Assembly: GCA_934153945.1 (NCBI GenBank)
Contig: CAKPFM010000004.1
Span: 34,469 to 98,468, forward strand
DNA: 64,000 nucleotides
Direction of reading: 5' to 3'
Origin: an uncultured Bacilli bacterium
GTDB taxonomy: Bacteria > Bacillota_I > Bacilli_A > RF39 > UBA660
Of the stretch, positions 1 to 10,509 are shown piece by piece. The translations under genes were made by a program, and so were the position numbers. The stretch's first letter is position 1. Each line of letters opens with the position of its first letter. The notes under the pieces were generated by a model. The model was not told the DNA's origin and searched no databases. It saw nothing but the letters and a program-made list of their open reading frames with translations.

Positions 1-3000
1 ACCTCTTATACAAGATCCAAATGATGAAGATGTAATTGTGGGTCATAGAATAGAAGAAAGTATAAGTAGATTAGATACACTAGCTTTACCAGGAGGTTCT
101 ATTACAATTGAAGCATATATATTTGGTAAAGATGTAAGAGAAGCAAAATCAGGATTAAAAATAATGTCACTTAAAATAAGTGATAATACAGATAGTATAT
201 ATGGTACTTTATTTATAAGAGATCCTGAAGAATTTAAAATAATTGATAAAAAAATTAAAGTAGGATCATGGTATAAAATAAGAGCAAAAGTAAAAGATAA
301 GGATCAATATTCACAAGATATATCACTACTAATAAATGATATAAATGTTTCTAATAAAGTATTTGAAAAAATAATTGATGATGCTCCAGTAAAAAGAGTA
401 GAATTACATGCTCATACTATGATGAGTCAAATGGATGGAGTAACAAAATTAGACTTAGGTAAACATACATGTGAACTAGTAGAAGAAACAATTCGTATGG
501 GATATAAAGGGGTAGCTATAACAGACCATAGTGGCTGCCAAGCATTCCCTATATCCTTTGGTATAATAAAAAATCATAATAAAAATATTAGAAAAGGTAT
601 TAAATCTAAAATAGAAGAAATAGAAAATAAATTAAATGAAGAAATAGATGAAAATACTAAAAAAGAACTACTAGAAGAACTAAATAAACAAAAAGAATTA
701 GAAAAAAATCCACCTATATTTAAAGGATTATATGGTACAGAATTGACATTAGTAGATGATACTGTAAATATTGTAGTTAGACCTAGTGATGAAGATTTGA
801 TAAATAGTGAATACGTAGTATTTGATACCGAAACAACAGGATTTAATGCCGGTGGAGCCGATCAAATGATTGAAATCGGTGCAGTTAAAATTAAAGAAGG
901 GGAAATAACTGATAGATTTGATGAACTAATCGATCCAAAAAGACATATTCCTGATAAAATAACAGAATTAACTTGTATTACAGATGAAATGGTAAAAGGT
1001 AAAGATGATGAAGAAACTGTAACAAAGAAATTCATAGAATGGGTAGGAAATTTACCTATGGTAGCTCATAATGCTAAATTCGATATTTCATTTATCGAAA
1101 TGGCAATGAAAAAATATAACTTAGGTGAATTTAAAAATACGGTTATTGATACATTAGAATTATCAAGAACACTAGATCAAGGATACGCTAGACATAGTTT
1201 GTCAGCATTAGTAAAAAGATACAATGTACCTTGGGAAGAAGATGCTCACCATAGAGCTGATTACGATGCTGAAGGAACTGCATACGTATTTGCTAAAATG
1301 TTAAAAAAACTAGAATCACAAAAATTTGAAAAAATTAGTGATTTAGATAAATTAGTATCAAAAGAAGAAATATATAAATTTGGTCGTACATATCATTTTA
1401 ATGCTATAGCGCTAAATAAAAAAGGTTTAAAAAATCTATTTGAAATAATCTCTTTAGCGAACACTGTATACATATATAAAACACCTAGAATACTAAGAAG
1501 TAAACTTGAAGAGTTAAGAGAAGGGTTACTAATAGGAAGTGGTTGCTATGAATCAGAAGTATTTACTGAAGCAAGAAGTAAAGAAGGACAAGAATTAACT
1601 AATATAATCAACTTTTATGACTATGTAGAAGTACAACCTCCAGAAGTATATGGTCACTTGTTACAATTAGGTGATTTTAAAGATGAAACAGAACTACAAA
1701 ATCATATCAAAAAAATAATAGATGCAACTGAATCAGCAGGTAAAATCATAGTAGCAACAGGTGATGTGCACCATTTCAAAAAAGAAGATAAAATATATAG
1801 ACAAATTATTGTCAATCAAAAAGTACCAGGAGGAGGAAGACATCCACTTGCTAAAAATGATATAAAAGAAATTCCTTCACAACACTTTAGAACAACTAGA
1901 GAAATGTTAGAAAATTTTAGTTTCTTAGGAACTGATCTAGCATATAAAATAGTAGTAGAAAATACTAATAAAATAGCTGATATGGTAGAAGAAATAGAAG
2001 TAATTCCAGATACAGGTGGAACACCATTCTCACCACGTGTAAAAAGTGATGATGGAACTTGTTATCTAGATTGCCCTAGAGTAGTAACAGACTTAGTATA
2101 CAATAAAGCAAAATTTTGGTATGGTGAACCATTACCACACTCAATAGAAGAGAGAATTGCTACTGAATTATATGGTGATATTGTTTTAAATACAATAAAA
2201 GCTGAATTAAGAGATAAACCTGTTAATAATTTAGAAGAACAAGCTTTTAAAGAATTACATGATGTAATTATTAAAGGATTTGATTCAGTAAAAGAACTAT
2301 TAATTAATCATATGAAAAAAGAAGAACCAGAACTATCAGATGATGAAATAAATAAAAAATTAAAAAAATCATTAGGTGGTGTAATAGGAGCAGGATTTGA
2401 TCCTATATACTTGATAGCTCAAAGACTGGTTAAACACTCAAATGACGAAGGGTTCCTAGTAGGTTCCCGTGGATCTGTTGGATCAAGCTTTGTAGCTACT
2501 TTAATGGGTATAACAGAGGTAAACCCTTTACCAGCACACTATAGATGTAGCGAATGTAAAATTAGTATTTTCGAAGAAAACGGTAAACCTTTAGGAGAAG
2601 ATTATTCATGTGGATTTGATTTACCTGATAAAATGTGTCCTAATTGTAATATACCTTTAATAAAAGATGGTCAAGATATGCCATTCGCAACTTTCCTAGG
2701 ATTTAATGCGGATAAAGTACCGGATATAGATTTAAACTTCTCAGATTTAAATCAAGCAAGTACCCATGCATATACTAAAGTCCTATTTGGAGCTGATAAT
2801 GTTTATAGAGCAGGAACAATTGGTACAGTTGCAGATAAAACAGCCTTTGGTTTTGTAAAAGGATATTGTGAAGATAAAAATATTGTAATGCGTACAGCTG
2901 AAGTAGAAAGATTAGCGCTTGGTTGTACAGGTGTAAAAAGAACTACGGGTCAACACCCAGGAGGAATAGTAGTTATACCTGATTATATGAATTGTTTTGA

Positions 3001-4159
3001 TTTTACACCATTTCAATTCCCAGCAGAAGATCCTAACTCTCCTTGGAGAACAACTCACTTTGATTATCACTCAATAGAAGAGTGCGTATTAAAACTAGAT
3101 ATATTAGGACATTCTGATCCAACTCAATTAAGATTAATTCAATTACAATCTGGAACTGATATTATGAAGGTTCCAATGGATGATAAAGAAACAATGAGTA
3201 TATTTACATCGACAAAAGCATTAGGAGTAACTAAAGAACAAATATTATGTAATACTGGTACATTAGGAATTCCAGAATTTGGTACACCATTTACTATTAA
3301 ATTAGTAGAAGATACAAAACCAACAACTTTTGCGGAATTAGTAAAAATATCAGGTTTATCACATGGTACTGATGTTTGGTTAGGAAATGCTCAAGAATTA
3401 ATTCAAAATAACGTTGTTCCATTTAAAGAAACAATAGGGTGTCGTGACGATATAATGGTTTATTTAATGTATCGTGGACTTGCTCCTATCAAAGCATTCA
3501 AAATAATGGAATTTGTTCGTAAAGGTAAAGCAAGTAAAGATCCAGAAACATGGAAAGAACATGTCAAAACAATGGAAGAAGCAAATATTCCAAAATGGTT
3601 TATAGATTCATGTCAAAAAATAAAATACATGTTCCCAAAAGCTCATGCTGCCGCATATGTAATAAGTGCATTTAGGATAGCTTGGTATAAAGTTCATATG
3701 CCAGTATATTTCTATGCATCATGGTTCTCATCAAAAGCAACAGATGTAGATGTTGAAGTAATGATTAAAGGATATGATGCTATTAAAAATAAGATAATTG
3801 AAATACAAAATAAAGGATATGATGCTACTAATAAAGAACTAGGTCAACTAGAAAGTTTAAAAGTAGCATTAGAAGCAACAGCTAGGGGTATTAAATTTGT
3901 TAATATTGATTTATACAAAAGTGAAGCCAAAGATTGGTTAGTTAAAAGTGATAATGAAATATATCCACCATTTAATTCAATAGATGGACTAGGTGAAGCA
4001 GTTGCTCAAGCTATAGTAGATGAAAGAAATAAAAAAGAATTTATGAGCATCGAAGATGCTTGGAAAAGAAGTAAAATTTCAGCAACCTTAGTTGAAAAAA
4101 TGAGATTTATGGGAATATTTGATGGTATGGATGAATCAAGTCAATTAAGTTTATTTTAG
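1..4159 (+). CDS. polC: DNA polymerase III PolC-type; the 5' end lies upstream of the window
   Basis: The reading frame is open from nt 2 (PLIQDPNDEDVIV...), so the GTG at 38 is only the first in-frame start, not the true start. Contains PHP motif ELHAHT, DEDDh exonuclease motif VVFDTETTG, and Zn-finger CSECK...CPNC. At least 1373 aa. Confidence 0.95.
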   Translation, partial: PLIQDPNDEDVIVGHRIEESISRLDTLALPGGSITIEAYIFGKDVREAKSGLKIMSLKISDNTDSIYGTLFIRDPEEFKIIDKKIKVGSWYKIRAKVKDKDQYSQDISLLINDINVSNKVFEKIIDDAPVKRVELHAHTMMSQMDGVTKLDLGKHTCELVEETIRMGYKGVAITDHSGCQAFPISFGIIKNHNKNIRKGIKSKIEEIENKLNEEIDENTKKELLEELNKQKELEKNPPIFKGLYGTELTLVDDTVNIVVRPSDEDLINSEYVVFDTETTGFNAGGADQMIEIGAVKIKEGEITDRFDELIDPKRHIPDKITELTCITDEMVKGKDDEETVTKKFIEWVGNLPMVAHNAKFDISFIEMAMKKYNLGEFKNTVIDTLELSRTLDQGYARHSLSALVKRYNVPWEEDAHHRADYDAEGTAYVFAKMLKKLESQKFEKISDLDKLVSKEEIYKFGRTYHFNAIALNKKGLKNLFEIISLANTVYIYKTPRILRSKLEELREGLLIGSGCYESEVFTEARSKEGQELTNIINFYDYVEVQPPEVYGHLLQLGDFKDETELQNHIKKIIDATESAGKIIVATGDVHHFKKEDKIYRQIIVNQKVPGGGRHPLAKNDIKEIPSQHFRTTREMLENFSFLGTDLAYKIVVENTNKIADMVEEIEVIPDTGGTPFSPRVKSDDGTCYLDCPRVVTDLVYNKAKFWYGEPLPHSIEERIATELYGDIVLNTIKAELRDKPVNNLEEQAFKELHDVIIKGFDSVKELLINHMKKEEPELSDDEINKKLKKSLGGVIGAGFDPIYLIAQRLVKHSNDEGFLVGSRGSVGSSFVATLMGITEVNPLPAHYRCSECKISIFEENGKPLGEDYSCGFDLPDKMCPNCNIPLIKDGQDMPFATFLGFNADKVPDIDLNFSDLNQASTHAYTKVLFGADNVYRAGTIGTVADKTAFGFVKGYCEDKNIVMRTAEVERLALGCTGVKRTTGQHPGGIVVIPDYMNCFDFTPFQFPAEDPNSPWRTTHFDYHSIEECVLKLDILGHSDPTQLRLIQLQSGTDIMKVPMDDKETMSIFTSTKALGVTKEQILCNTGTLGIPEFGTPFTIKLVEDTKPTTFAELVKISGLSHGTDVWLGNAQELIQNNVVPFKETIGCRDDIMVYLMYRGLAPIKAFKIMEFVRKGKASKDPETWKEHVKTMEEANIPKWFIDSCQKIKYMFPKAHAAAYVISAFRIAWYKVHMPVYFYASWFSSKATDVDVEVMIKGYDAIKNKIIEIQNKGYDATNKELGQLESLKVALEATARGIKFVNIDLYKSEAKDWLVKSDNEIYPPFNSIDGLGEAVAQAIVDERNKKEFMSIEDAWKRSKISATLVEKMRFMGIFDGMDESSQLSLF

Positions 4160-4170
4160 GGGGAATCAAT

Positions 4171-4923
4171 TTGAAACAACATGAGAATGAAAAATTATAT
4201 TGGGAAGAATATTGGAAAAAAGAAAATAGGAAAGAAGAAAAATTTCTATTTTCTGATATTCTAAAACAATGTAATATAAAAATAAATAATTATTTTGAAT
4301 TTGGATGTGCTCCAGGAAGTATTATGAGTTATATTAATAAAGAATATAATTCTAAAGTTAGTGGATTAGATTTAATAGATAAAAAAATAATAGAAGAATA
4401 TTTAAAAAAATATAATATTACTAATTATCAAATATTTGAGGGAGATATTAATAATTTTAAAACTGATAAAAAATATGATTTTGTTGGTTCATATGGATTA
4501 ATAGAACATTTTGAAAATCCAGAACAAATAATAGAAAAACACAAAGAAGTAGTAGATGAAGATGGTTATTTATGTATAACAGTTCCAAATATGAGGTATT
4601 TTAATTATTTATTTAATTACATATTTTCAAGAGAATTGTTAGAAACTCACAATTTATCAATAATGGATTTAAAATTATTAAAGAAATTAATAATTGATAA
4701 TGATTTTGAAGAAATATATGCATCATATTATTTAACATCTATGTTTCAAGCTAATAAAGATAGTCAAAGATTAAAGGAACATCCATATTTAAGTAAAATT
4801 TATAATGCTATAAACAATATTATGGAACGTTTAAATTTAGAAAATATTCCAAATAAATTTGCTTCACCATATATTGTTGTAATAGCAAAAAGAAAAAATA
4901 AACAAAAAAGTAAGGAGAAGTAA
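4171..4923 (+). CDS. Class I SAM-dependent methyltransferase
   Basis: TTG start preceded by a GGGGG RBS. Motif-I-like FGCAPGS and a D/E acidic loop. 250 aa. Confidence 0.5.
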   Translation: MKQHENEKLYWEEYWKKENRKEEKFLFSDILKQCNIKINNYFEFGCAPGSIMSYINKEYNSKVSGLDLIDKKIIEEYLKKYNITNYQIFEGDINNFKTDKKYDFVGSYGLIEHFENPEQIIEKHKEVVDEDGYLCITVPNMRYFNYLFNYIFSRELLETHNLSIMDLKLLKKLIIDNDFEEIYASYYLTSMFQANKDSQRLKEHPYLSKIYNAINNIMERLNLENIPNKFASPYIVVIAKRKNKQKSKEK

Positions 4924-4924
4924 T

Positions 4925-5467
4925 ATGGAATTAAAAGGAACAAAAACAGAGCAAAATTTAATGACAGCATTTGCTGGAGAATCACAAGCAAGAAATAAAT
5001 ATACATACTTTGCTAGTAAAGCTAAAAAAGAAGGATATGAACAAATAGCAGCTATCTTTGAAGAAACTGCAGGTAATGAAAAAGAACATGCTAAAATGTG
5101 GTTTAAATTACTACAAGGTGGCGAAATAAAAAGTACAAAAGAAAACTTACTACAAGCAGCTGAAGGTGAAAATTATGAATGGACAGATATGTATGATGAA
5201 TTTGCTAAAGTTGCCAAAGAAGAAGGATTTGATCATATAGCATTTCTATTTGAAGAAGTAGGAAAAATTGAAAAAAATCATGAAGAAAGATATCGTAAAC
5301 TACTTTCAAACTTAGAAAATGGTAAAGTATTTGTAAAAGAAGAACCAAAAATGTGGATTTGTCGTAATTGCGGACATGTTCATTATGGAGATAAAGCTCC
5401 AGAAATTTGTCCAGTATGTAATCATCCACAAAGTTATTTTGAGGTAAAAAACGAAAATTATCTATAA
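4925..5467 (+). CDS. rbr: Rubrerythrin
   Basis: Ferritin-like diiron N-terminal domain with paired E..EH motifs, and a C-terminal rubredoxin-like CRNCGHVH...CPVCNHP. Confidence 0.85.
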   Translation: MELKGTKTEQNLMTAFAGESQARNKYTYFASKAKKEGYEQIAAIFEETAGNEKEHAKMWFKLLQGGEIKSTKENLLQAAEGENYEWTDMYDEFAKVAKEEGFDHIAFLFEEVGKIEKNHEERYRKLLSNLENGKVFVKEEPKMWICRNCGHVHYGDKAPEICPVCNHPQSYFEVKNENYL

Positions 5468-5490
5468 TAAAAAGATCAAAAATAATATAA

Positions 5491-5524
5491 AAGAAACAAT
5501 AATTTAAGTTATTGTTTTCTTTTG
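5491..5524 (+). terminator. Intrinsic terminator after rbr
   Basis: Hairpin gaaacaataa/ttattgtttc followed by a T-run. Confidence 0.6.
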
Positions 5525-5534
5525 CAAAAAAAAC

Positions 5535-5563
5535 TTGCATTATTTAATCATCTATATTATAAT
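5535..5563 (+). promoter_or_regulatory. SigA-type promoter
   Basis: TTGCAT, 17-nt spacer, TATAAT, upstream of the 5586 gene. Confidence 0.45.
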
Positions 5564-5585
5564 TATGCAGGTAAAGGAATATATT

Positions 5586-5912
5586 ATGTCAAAAGTAAAA
5601 TTAAGAATAAAATTAAATGAATATGAAGATATTATAGATGGTATATTTATTGATAATAAAATAAAATTTTTATTAGATAAAAAAATAGTAACAATAACTA
5701 TAAATGATAATAATATAATTATGGAACGAAGACATAATGATAATGAATATACATATATTTGCTTTGATGAAATAAATCCAAAAGCCTATTACTTTTATAA
5801 TAATGAATATCCTTTAAATATAGAATTAATAAATATGAATAAAAATAGTAATATTATAGAAATAAAATATAAAATAGAAGAAAATATATTTGATTTTAAA
5901 ATAGAATATTAA
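5586..5912 (+). CDS. Small hypothetical protein; possibly a DUF1934/YwiB-like protein, which precedes argS in Bacillus
   Basis: ATG at 5586 with an AAAGGA RBS 6 nt upstream. The track ORF extends 5' without an RBS. Immediately upstream of argS, as ywiB is in B. subtilis. Confidence 0.35.
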   Translation: MSKVKLRIKLNEYEDIIDGIFIDNKIKFLLDKKIVTITINDNNIIMERRHNDNEYTYICFDEINPKAYYFYNNEYPLNIELINMNKNSNIIEIKYKIEENIFDFKIEY

Positions 5913-5923
5913 GGAAGTGAAAT

Positions 5924-7612
5924 ATGATTCTAGAAGCACTAAATAATATATTTAAAAATGTATTAAATGAACTTAACTTAGATACAAATTCAAATGTTAT
6001 AAAGTCTAATAGACCTGAACTATGTGATTATCAATTTGATGGGGTTTTTAGACTAGCTAGTGCAGCACATGAAAATCCAGCTGTAATTGGTGAAAAAATA
6101 GTAAATAAAATAAAAGAATTACAAAACTATGATGACTACTTTAAAATAGTAGAATTTGTAAAACCAGGATTTATAAATATTACTGTATCAGACAAGTTAA
6201 TTAATAATTTAGTAACAAAAATAAATACTGAAGAACATTTAGGTATTAAACAACCAGAAAAAATAGAAACATTCTTTTTAGATTATGGTGGATATAATAT
6301 AGCAAAACCTCTTCATATCGGTCATTTAAGACCAACAATAATAGGTGAATCAATAAAAAGAATTATTAAATTTATGGGACATAATACTATTTCAGATGTA
6401 CATTTAGGTGATTATGGTTTACAAATGGGTCAAGTAATATATGGAATAAAAAGAGACAATATTACTATAGAAGAAATAGATATAGATTACTTAAACAAAA
6501 TATATCCGGAAATTAGTTCATTATGTAAAGAAAATGAAGAAGTAAAAGAAGAATGTGCTAGAATAACTAAAGAATTACAAAATAATAATCAAGAATATGT
6601 AAAAATTTGGAATAAAATAGTTGATGTATCAATAAAAGATGCTAAAAAACTATGTGATTATTTATCAGTTTCATTTGATTTATGGGAAGGTGAAAGTGAT
6701 GCTTGTAATTATCTAGAAAAAGTAGAAGAAATATTAAAAGAAAAAAACTTATTAGTTGAAAGTGAAGGAGCATTAGTAGTTAATGTAAAAAAAGAAGAAG
6801 ATAATAAACCAATGCCTCCAATGATGTTTAAAAAAAGTAATGGAGCATATGTTTATGACTCAACTGATTTAGCAACCATATATGAACGTATGATAAAATA
6901 CAATCCAGACCATATTATATATGTCACTGACTTCAGACAAAATCTTCACTTTGAACAAGTATTTAGAGCTAGTGAATTAGCTGGATTTCTTCCTTATAAA
7001 TCACTAGAACATGCGTACAATGGTACTATAAATGGTAGTGATGGAAAACCATTTAAAACAAGACAAGGAAATGCTCCAAAATTAGGAGAATTATTTGAAG
7101 AAGTAAAAGAAACATTTATAAATATGAAGGAAAGTAATAAGAATATGTCAGAAAATGATATTGATATTATTACAAATTCAATTATAAAATTTGCTGATTT
7201 ACAAAACAATAGAGAAAAAGACTATATTTTTGATATAGCTAAATTCTCTAATGTTGTAGGAAAAACTGGACCATATGTTTTATATACATATGTAAGAACA
7301 AATAAAATGATAAATGATAATGGATACTTAAATGATATCATTTATAATGAATTTGATAGAAACTTAAGAAAAAAAATCATAGAATTTGATTTAGAGGTAG
7401 AAAAAGCTTTCAAAGAAAGAATGCCTCACTATATTGCTGATTATATATATGATTTATGTCTTACTATGAATGCTTTCTATCAAAATAATCATATTAATAA
7501 TTTAGAAGATGAAGATAAGAAAAATAGTTGGATTTATGTATTAAATACTGCTAATAAAATATTAAAAGAAATGTTATATCTACTTATGATAGATATTCCA
7601 ACCGTTATGTAA
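5924..7612 (+). CDS. argS: Arginine--tRNA ligase
   Basis: Class I HIGH motif (PLHIGHLRP), 562 aa, ArgS-like domain order. Confidence 0.9.
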   Translation: MILEALNNIFKNVLNELNLDTNSNVIKSNRPELCDYQFDGVFRLASAAHENPAVIGEKIVNKIKELQNYDDYFKIVEFVKPGFINITVSDKLINNLVTKINTEEHLGIKQPEKIETFFLDYGGYNIAKPLHIGHLRPTIIGESIKRIIKFMGHNTISDVHLGDYGLQMGQVIYGIKRDNITIEEIDIDYLNKIYPEISSLCKENEEVKEECARITKELQNNNQEYVKIWNKIVDVSIKDAKKLCDYLSVSFDLWEGESDACNYLEKVEEILKEKNLLVESEGALVVNVKKEEDNKPMPPMMFKKSNGAYVYDSTDLATIYERMIKYNPDHIIYVTDFRQNLHFEQVFRASELAGFLPYKSLEHAYNGTINGSDGKPFKTRQGNAPKLGELFEEVKETFINMKESNKNMSENDIDIITNSIIKFADLQNNREKDYIFDIAKFSNVVGKTGPYVLYTYVRTNKMINDNGYLNDIIYNEFDRNLRKKIIEFDLEVEKAFKERMPHYIADYIYDLCLTMNAFYQNNHINNLEDEDKKNSWIYVLNTANKILKEMLYLLMIDIPTVM

Positions 7613-7623
7613 GGAGAATTTTT

Positions 7624-8049
7624 ATGAAATTAAAAGATATGCCAATAGAAGAATTGGAACTATTAAGTTATACAGATATTACTTATAAAATATTAAAAGA
7701 AAATAAAAAATCTATGACAACAGCAGCATTATTTAGAGAAATATGTGATCTATTAGAATTAACCGATAGTGATTTTGATTCTAAAATAGGTGATTACTAT
7801 ACATCATTAACCTTAGATAAAAGATTTGTACTATTAAAAAATAATGAATGGGATGTTAGAGATAATCATTCAGTAGAAATTATCATCGATGATGATGAAG
7901 ATGAAGAAGTAGAAGAAACTGAAGAAGAAGAGACAGAAGAAGTAGAAGAAACAGATGAAGATATAATTGATGATGATATGCTAGATGATGACTTAGATGA
8001 CGATATGGATGATCTATCAATTGTAGATGAAGAAGAAATAGAAGAATAA
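7624..8049 (+). CDS. rpoE: RNA polymerase delta subunit
   Basis: N-terminal HARE-HTH-like domain followed by a long poly-acidic D/E tail, as in Bacillus RpoE. Confidence 0.8.
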   Translation: MKLKDMPIEELELLSYTDITYKILKENKKSMTTAALFREICDLLELTDSDFDSKIGDYYTSLTLDKRFVLLKNNEWDVRDNHSVEIIIDDDEDEEVEETEEEETEEVEETDEDIIDDDMLDDDLDDDMDDLSIVDEEEIEE

Positions 8050-8078
8050 TATATTTAAAATAGTTTATATTAATACTG

Positions 8079-8573
8079 GTGATAACTATGTATTATATGG
8101 ACTATTTTTTTTTATTTTCATTATTAGGTCATATTATAGAATCTTTCTTTTATACATCTGGTGATGGTGGAATTTTATATGGTCCTTATACACCAGTATA
8201 TGGAATAGGTGTATGTATAGTACTTTTTGTAACAAATATTATTAATAAAAAAAATATTAAATTTAAACCTTTTTATATTTTTTTAACAGGTTTTATTATA
8301 TTAAGTTTTATTGAATATATAGGTGGAATTTTAATAGAAAAAATATTTAAAGTAGTATTTTGGAATTATAGTAGTATGAAATTTCACATAGGAAATTATA
8401 TTTCACTAGAAATGGCCCTAATATGGGGAATAGCTTCATTAGTAATAGCATATTTAATTAAACCTTTTTGTGATAAATGGATAAAAAAAATACCCAAAAT
8501 TATTACATGGGTATTAATAATATTATTTTGTATAGATATTTTATTAACTTTGTTTACTAAAGTATTCTTCTAA
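8079..8573 (+). CDS. Integral membrane protein, unknown function
   Basis: Four to five hydrophobic segments. Contains a T9 run in the coding sequence. Confidence 0.4.
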   Translation: MITMYYMDYFFLFSLLGHIIESFFYTSGDGGILYGPYTPVYGIGVCIVLFVTNIINKKNIKFKPFYIFLTGFIILSFIEYIGGILIEKIFKVVFWNYSSMKFHIGNYISLEMALIWGIASLVIAYLIKPFCDKWIKKIPKIITWVLIILFCIDILLTLFTKVFF

Positions 8574-9200
8574 AGTTAATTTGTTTTCATAAATATATTC
8601 AGCTACATCTTTACCAACATATCGGTAATGCCATGGTTCATACTTAAAACCAGTTATCTTTTGTTTATCTTCAGGATATCTCATTATAAAACCATATTTG
8701 TAAGCATTATTTTTCATCCATTCAAATTCATTGCTTTCGGCAAATAAATTATAATCATTATTAGAACCCATTACATCGATAGCTAAACCAGTTTGATGTT
8801 CAGAATGTCCAGGTTTAGCGCTACATTTTAGAGCATATTTTAAACCTTTATCTTGAGTATATCCATCAAATAATTTTTTTTGATAATCATAATCACGATA
8901 AGCTGATACTACAATAATTTTATATCCTAATTTTTGAGCATCATTGAACAAATTTTCAAAATTTTTTAAAACTTCTTCTCGAACCTTTTTACCATTATAG
9001 GCCATATTATTAGGAATTTCTACTAAATCACTAGGTACATAAACTGCCGGTAATTTGTTATTTTTATTTACTAAAGTTAATATATTATCAGGATTTTTAA
9101 TTAGTTTGATATTTTTATAAAATCTCTTTTGATTAATCTTTATAATAAAGAAGATAATTATTAATATAATAATTATAATAATTGATATAATTTTTTTCAT
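8544..9200 (-). CDS. D-Ala-D-Ala carboxypeptidase, VanY/M15 family, membrane anchored
   Basis: N-terminal TM segment and the SEHQTGLAIDV zinc-binding motif of peptidase M15B. Confidence 0.7.
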   Translation of the reverse strand: MKKIISIIIIIILIIIFFIIKINQKRFYKNIKLIKNPDNILTLVNKNNKLPAVYVPSDLVEIPNNMAYNGKKVREEVLKNFENLFNDAQKLGYKIIVVSAYRDYDYQKKLFDGYTQDKGLKYALKCSAKPGHSEHQTGLAIDVMGSNNDYNLFAESNEFEWMKNNAYKYGFIMRYPEDKQKITGFKYEPWHYRYVGKDVAEYIYENKLTLEEYFSKQS

Positions 9201-9300
9201 ACTTTCACCACTATAAAATATGCTTAAATTTAATAATTATTACATAATTCGACAAATATTGACATAAGAAAAATGTATTATATTGTCGAGAGGTGATAAT

Positions 9301-10476
9301 ATGAATTTATTTGATTCAGTATTATTTTTAATTATTTTAGCTATATTTCCTTTTACATTATATTTTTTATATTTAATTTATACAAAAACATTACAAATAG
9401 AAAAAAGTCGATTAATATTAGATTTTGTTATATTTAGTTCGTTTTATTTAATTTTAAAATATAATTTTAATTATGTAGTTTCTCTTATATTGATAAATGT
9501 TCCATTTATAATAGCATATTACGGTAATAGAAAATTATCAGTTTTTATACTATCAATTTTATCAATATATTATTATCATATTTACTTTGATATTAATTAC
9601 TTCTTTTTAATAGCTGAATACTTAATTTATTATGGTATATATCAATTAGATAAGGAAAAATTTTTTAATATTTTTATAATTATCAAATTTTTAATATTAA
9701 CTATATTTTTAATAAAAACAAACTATATTATTTTATTAAATGTTATATTATTTATAATAATTAAATTCTTATTATATTCATTTAAAAAAATTGAACAAGT
9801 TATTTCTTTACACAAATCTTTAGAACAAACAAATGAAAATAATAAAATGTATGAATCATTATTTAAAATAACTCATGAAATTAAAAATCCAATAGCAGTT
9901 ATAAAAGGTTACTTAGATATGTATGATGAAAATAACGAAAAACATAAAAAATATATACCTATAATAAAGAGCGAAACTAATAGAGTATTAGTTTTATTAG
10001 AAGATTTTTTATCTATAAATAGAATAAAAATTAATAAAGATATAATTGATATTTCTTTACTAATAGAAGAGGTAATAATAAGTTTTGAACCATTATTAAA
10101 AAATAGACATATAAAAGTAAACTTTGAACAAGATGAAATATATATTGAAGCAGACTATGATAGATTAAAACAAGTCTTTATAAATTTAATAAAAAATAGT
10201 ATAGAAGCTATTAATAATAATGGAATTATAGATATAGATATTGTTCCAAAAAATAAATATATATATATTAATGTTAAAGATAATGGTATAGGAATGAAAA
10301 AAGAAGAGATAGAAAAATTAAACTATCCATTTTATACAACAAAACAAAATGGAACAGGATTAGGATTATACTTATCAAAAGAAATAATAAAAAAACATGA
10401 TGGAACTATGTCTTTTGAATCAATTGATGGAATGAATATTGGTATTAAATTGCCATATGATGCTAGATTAAATTAA
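9301..10476 (+). CDS. Orphan sensor histidine kinase with a six-TM sensor domain
   Basis: ATG at 9301 after a GAGAGGTGA RBS. H-box THEIKNPI, N-box NLIKNSIEA, G1 VKDNGIGM, G2 GTGLGLYLS. No response regulator is adjacent. Confidence 0.8.
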   Translation: MNLFDSVLFLIILAIFPFTLYFLYLIYTKTLQIEKSRLILDFVIFSSFYLILKYNFNYVVSLILINVPFIIAYYGNRKLSVFILSILSIYYYHIYFDINYFFLIAEYLIYYGIYQLDKEKFFNIFIIIKFLILTIFLIKTNYIILLNVILFIIIKFLLYSFKKIEQVISLHKSLEQTNENNKMYESLFKITHEIKNPIAVIKGYLDMYDENNEKHKKYIPIIKSETNRVLVLLEDFLSINRIKINKDIIDISLLIEEVIISFEPLLKNRHIKVNFEQDEIYIEADYDRLKQVFINLIKNSIEAINNNGIIDIDIVPKNKYIYINVKDNGIGMKKEEIEKLNYPFYTTKQNGTGLGLYLSKEIIKKHDGTMSFESIDGMNIGIKLPYDARLN

Positions 10477-10509
10477 AAAAAAATAGTATAATACCATTAG
10501 GGTGATGAT

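Noticed and set aside
38-40. GTG at 38 as the polC start
   Set aside because: The frame remains open back to nt 2, and PolC is normally more than 1400 aa, so the gene continues upstream of the window.
4800-5540. Minus-strand ORFs 4800-5006 and 5205-5540 overlapping the methyltransferase and rubrerythrin genes; similar antisense ORFs at 6994-7209, 11223-11704, 12177-12419, 37313-38142 and 62524-63231
   Set aside because: These are AT-rich antisense frames inside well-supported genes. Their Leu/Phe/Ile-rich translations are typical of spurious ORFs.
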